Below, in pieces: positions 62,739 through 64,000 of a stretch of DNA of 64,000 nt; position 1 is the first letter of the stretch; each line of letters begins with the position of its first letter. The notes beneath the pieces are model-generated. The model did no database searches and was not told where the DNA came from. It was given only the letters and a program-made list of their open reading frames with translations. Position numbers and translations under genes: made by a program. Source of the stretch: Octopus sinensis (taxonomy: Eukaryota). Location of the stretch: contig NC_042999.1 in NCBI RefSeq assembly GCF_006345805.1, forward strand, positions 49,724,001 through 49,788,000, in the 5' to 3' direction.

Positions 62739-64000
62739 ATGCCTTTTCTGTTACCAGCCCTCTCCTGTTTCAAAGCAAGGTCGTACTTTTTGAAGGCCAG
62801 ACATGTTTTCATAGAAGACTGGAAACAGCGTAAGTCACTTATTTGGTGGGGACGTTTGTTTAGAACTATATGTTGTCAAGACAAGGTGATACAAACACAT
62901 ATACACATATATAATGGGTTTCTTTTTTTCCTTTAGTTTTTGTCTCTGAACTCCACTCCTGAGGCTTTGGCCCACCAAAGTCTATAGTAATAAGTACTTG
63001 TCCCTGGTACTATCCAGTAGGACTGAACCTGAAAACCAGAAGATGGGAAATGAATTTCTTGACCTTACAGCAATGCCTGCATCTGTGTGTGTGTGCGCAA
63101 ATAAGTGTGTCTATGTATTCCACACACTCGCCACTTGAACAATGCAGTACTAATATTGGCATTCCTTATTAACATTATGTCTAAACAAATTGTGCTCTCA
63201 AAAACCTGAGGACTGTAACAATTCCTTGTTTGAAATCCAGGTAAGGAATGGAAACAGGAAGAGCATCCAGCTGTAAAATGCTGCCTCACATAACTCTCCA
63301 TCCAAACTCATATCAGCATGGGGAATTGGACTTCAAACTAATAAAAGTTAGAATGAAAAAAACTCCAGTAGTTAAAAATAATGAATGATCTGACAATTGT
63401 TCTTCTATGTGGTAGCCTGACATGCAAGAAATAGCAGCCAAATTTCCCTCAAAGCCGATAACGAGGGGGCAGCCATAATAATATACTATATTTGTTCTCC
63501 ATGTTGGTTTCCCTGGTAGCAAACTCTTTTTATAATACTATATTTGTTCCACGTCCTCGCATTGTTGTGTTTTTTTGTGCTTTCTTATTTGGATTAACCA
63601 TAATAATATATATATATATATGTGTGTATGTATGCATATTATATACATAAATAAATAAATATATATACTGGTATGTGTGTGTATATATGTATATGTCTGT
63701 ATATATATATAAATATATATATATATACACACACCATAATTTTATAAGAAAGAGTATGAAGAATTTCATAGCCATATGGGGAAAGAAAATTTCAAAGCAT
63801 TCTTTCCTAGTTTGCAGAATAATTCAAATTGATATTTTGTTCTCTGCAATATTTTAAGAGTTGACAATATCTGTAACTCTCTCTTGGGAATTCAATTTTA
63901 TTTTATGATTTGAAGCTTCAAAACAATTCCTGACAAGAGTGGATACAAGAAAAGATGCAATCAGTATGTGTCAGGAAGGAATGCCAAACAATATTTTACC

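Overview
AT-rich, microsatellite- and SINE-dense eukaryotic DNA. The repeat families resemble those of Octopus (inference, not searched). One protein-coding gene is supported: the 3' part of a FERM/PDZ-domain scaffold gene (FRMPD4/Preso- or FRMPD1-like) on the minus strand. It is reconstructed as five phase-compatible GT-AG exons (34905-34729, 30460-30206, 27891-27545, 17259-15829, 13408-12521), about 1030 C-terminal residues. These include a Homer-type PPPGF ligand and a predicted helical C-terminal domain. Its FERM/PDZ exons were not found in the window. The rest is intronic or intergenic: about four SINE-like families, decayed CR1/L2/RTE LINE fragments, mariner relics, TTAA-flanked MITEs, non-autonomous Helitrons, a 30-bp minisatellite and a 100-N gap. 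The most notable oddities are hammerhead-ribozyme-like motifs in Penelope-type terminal repeats (3949-4251, 58710-58745), SINE dimers sharing one junction, a Helitron flanked by an 88-bp direct repeat, and several fold-back structures. No new biological system is demonstrated; these are leads.
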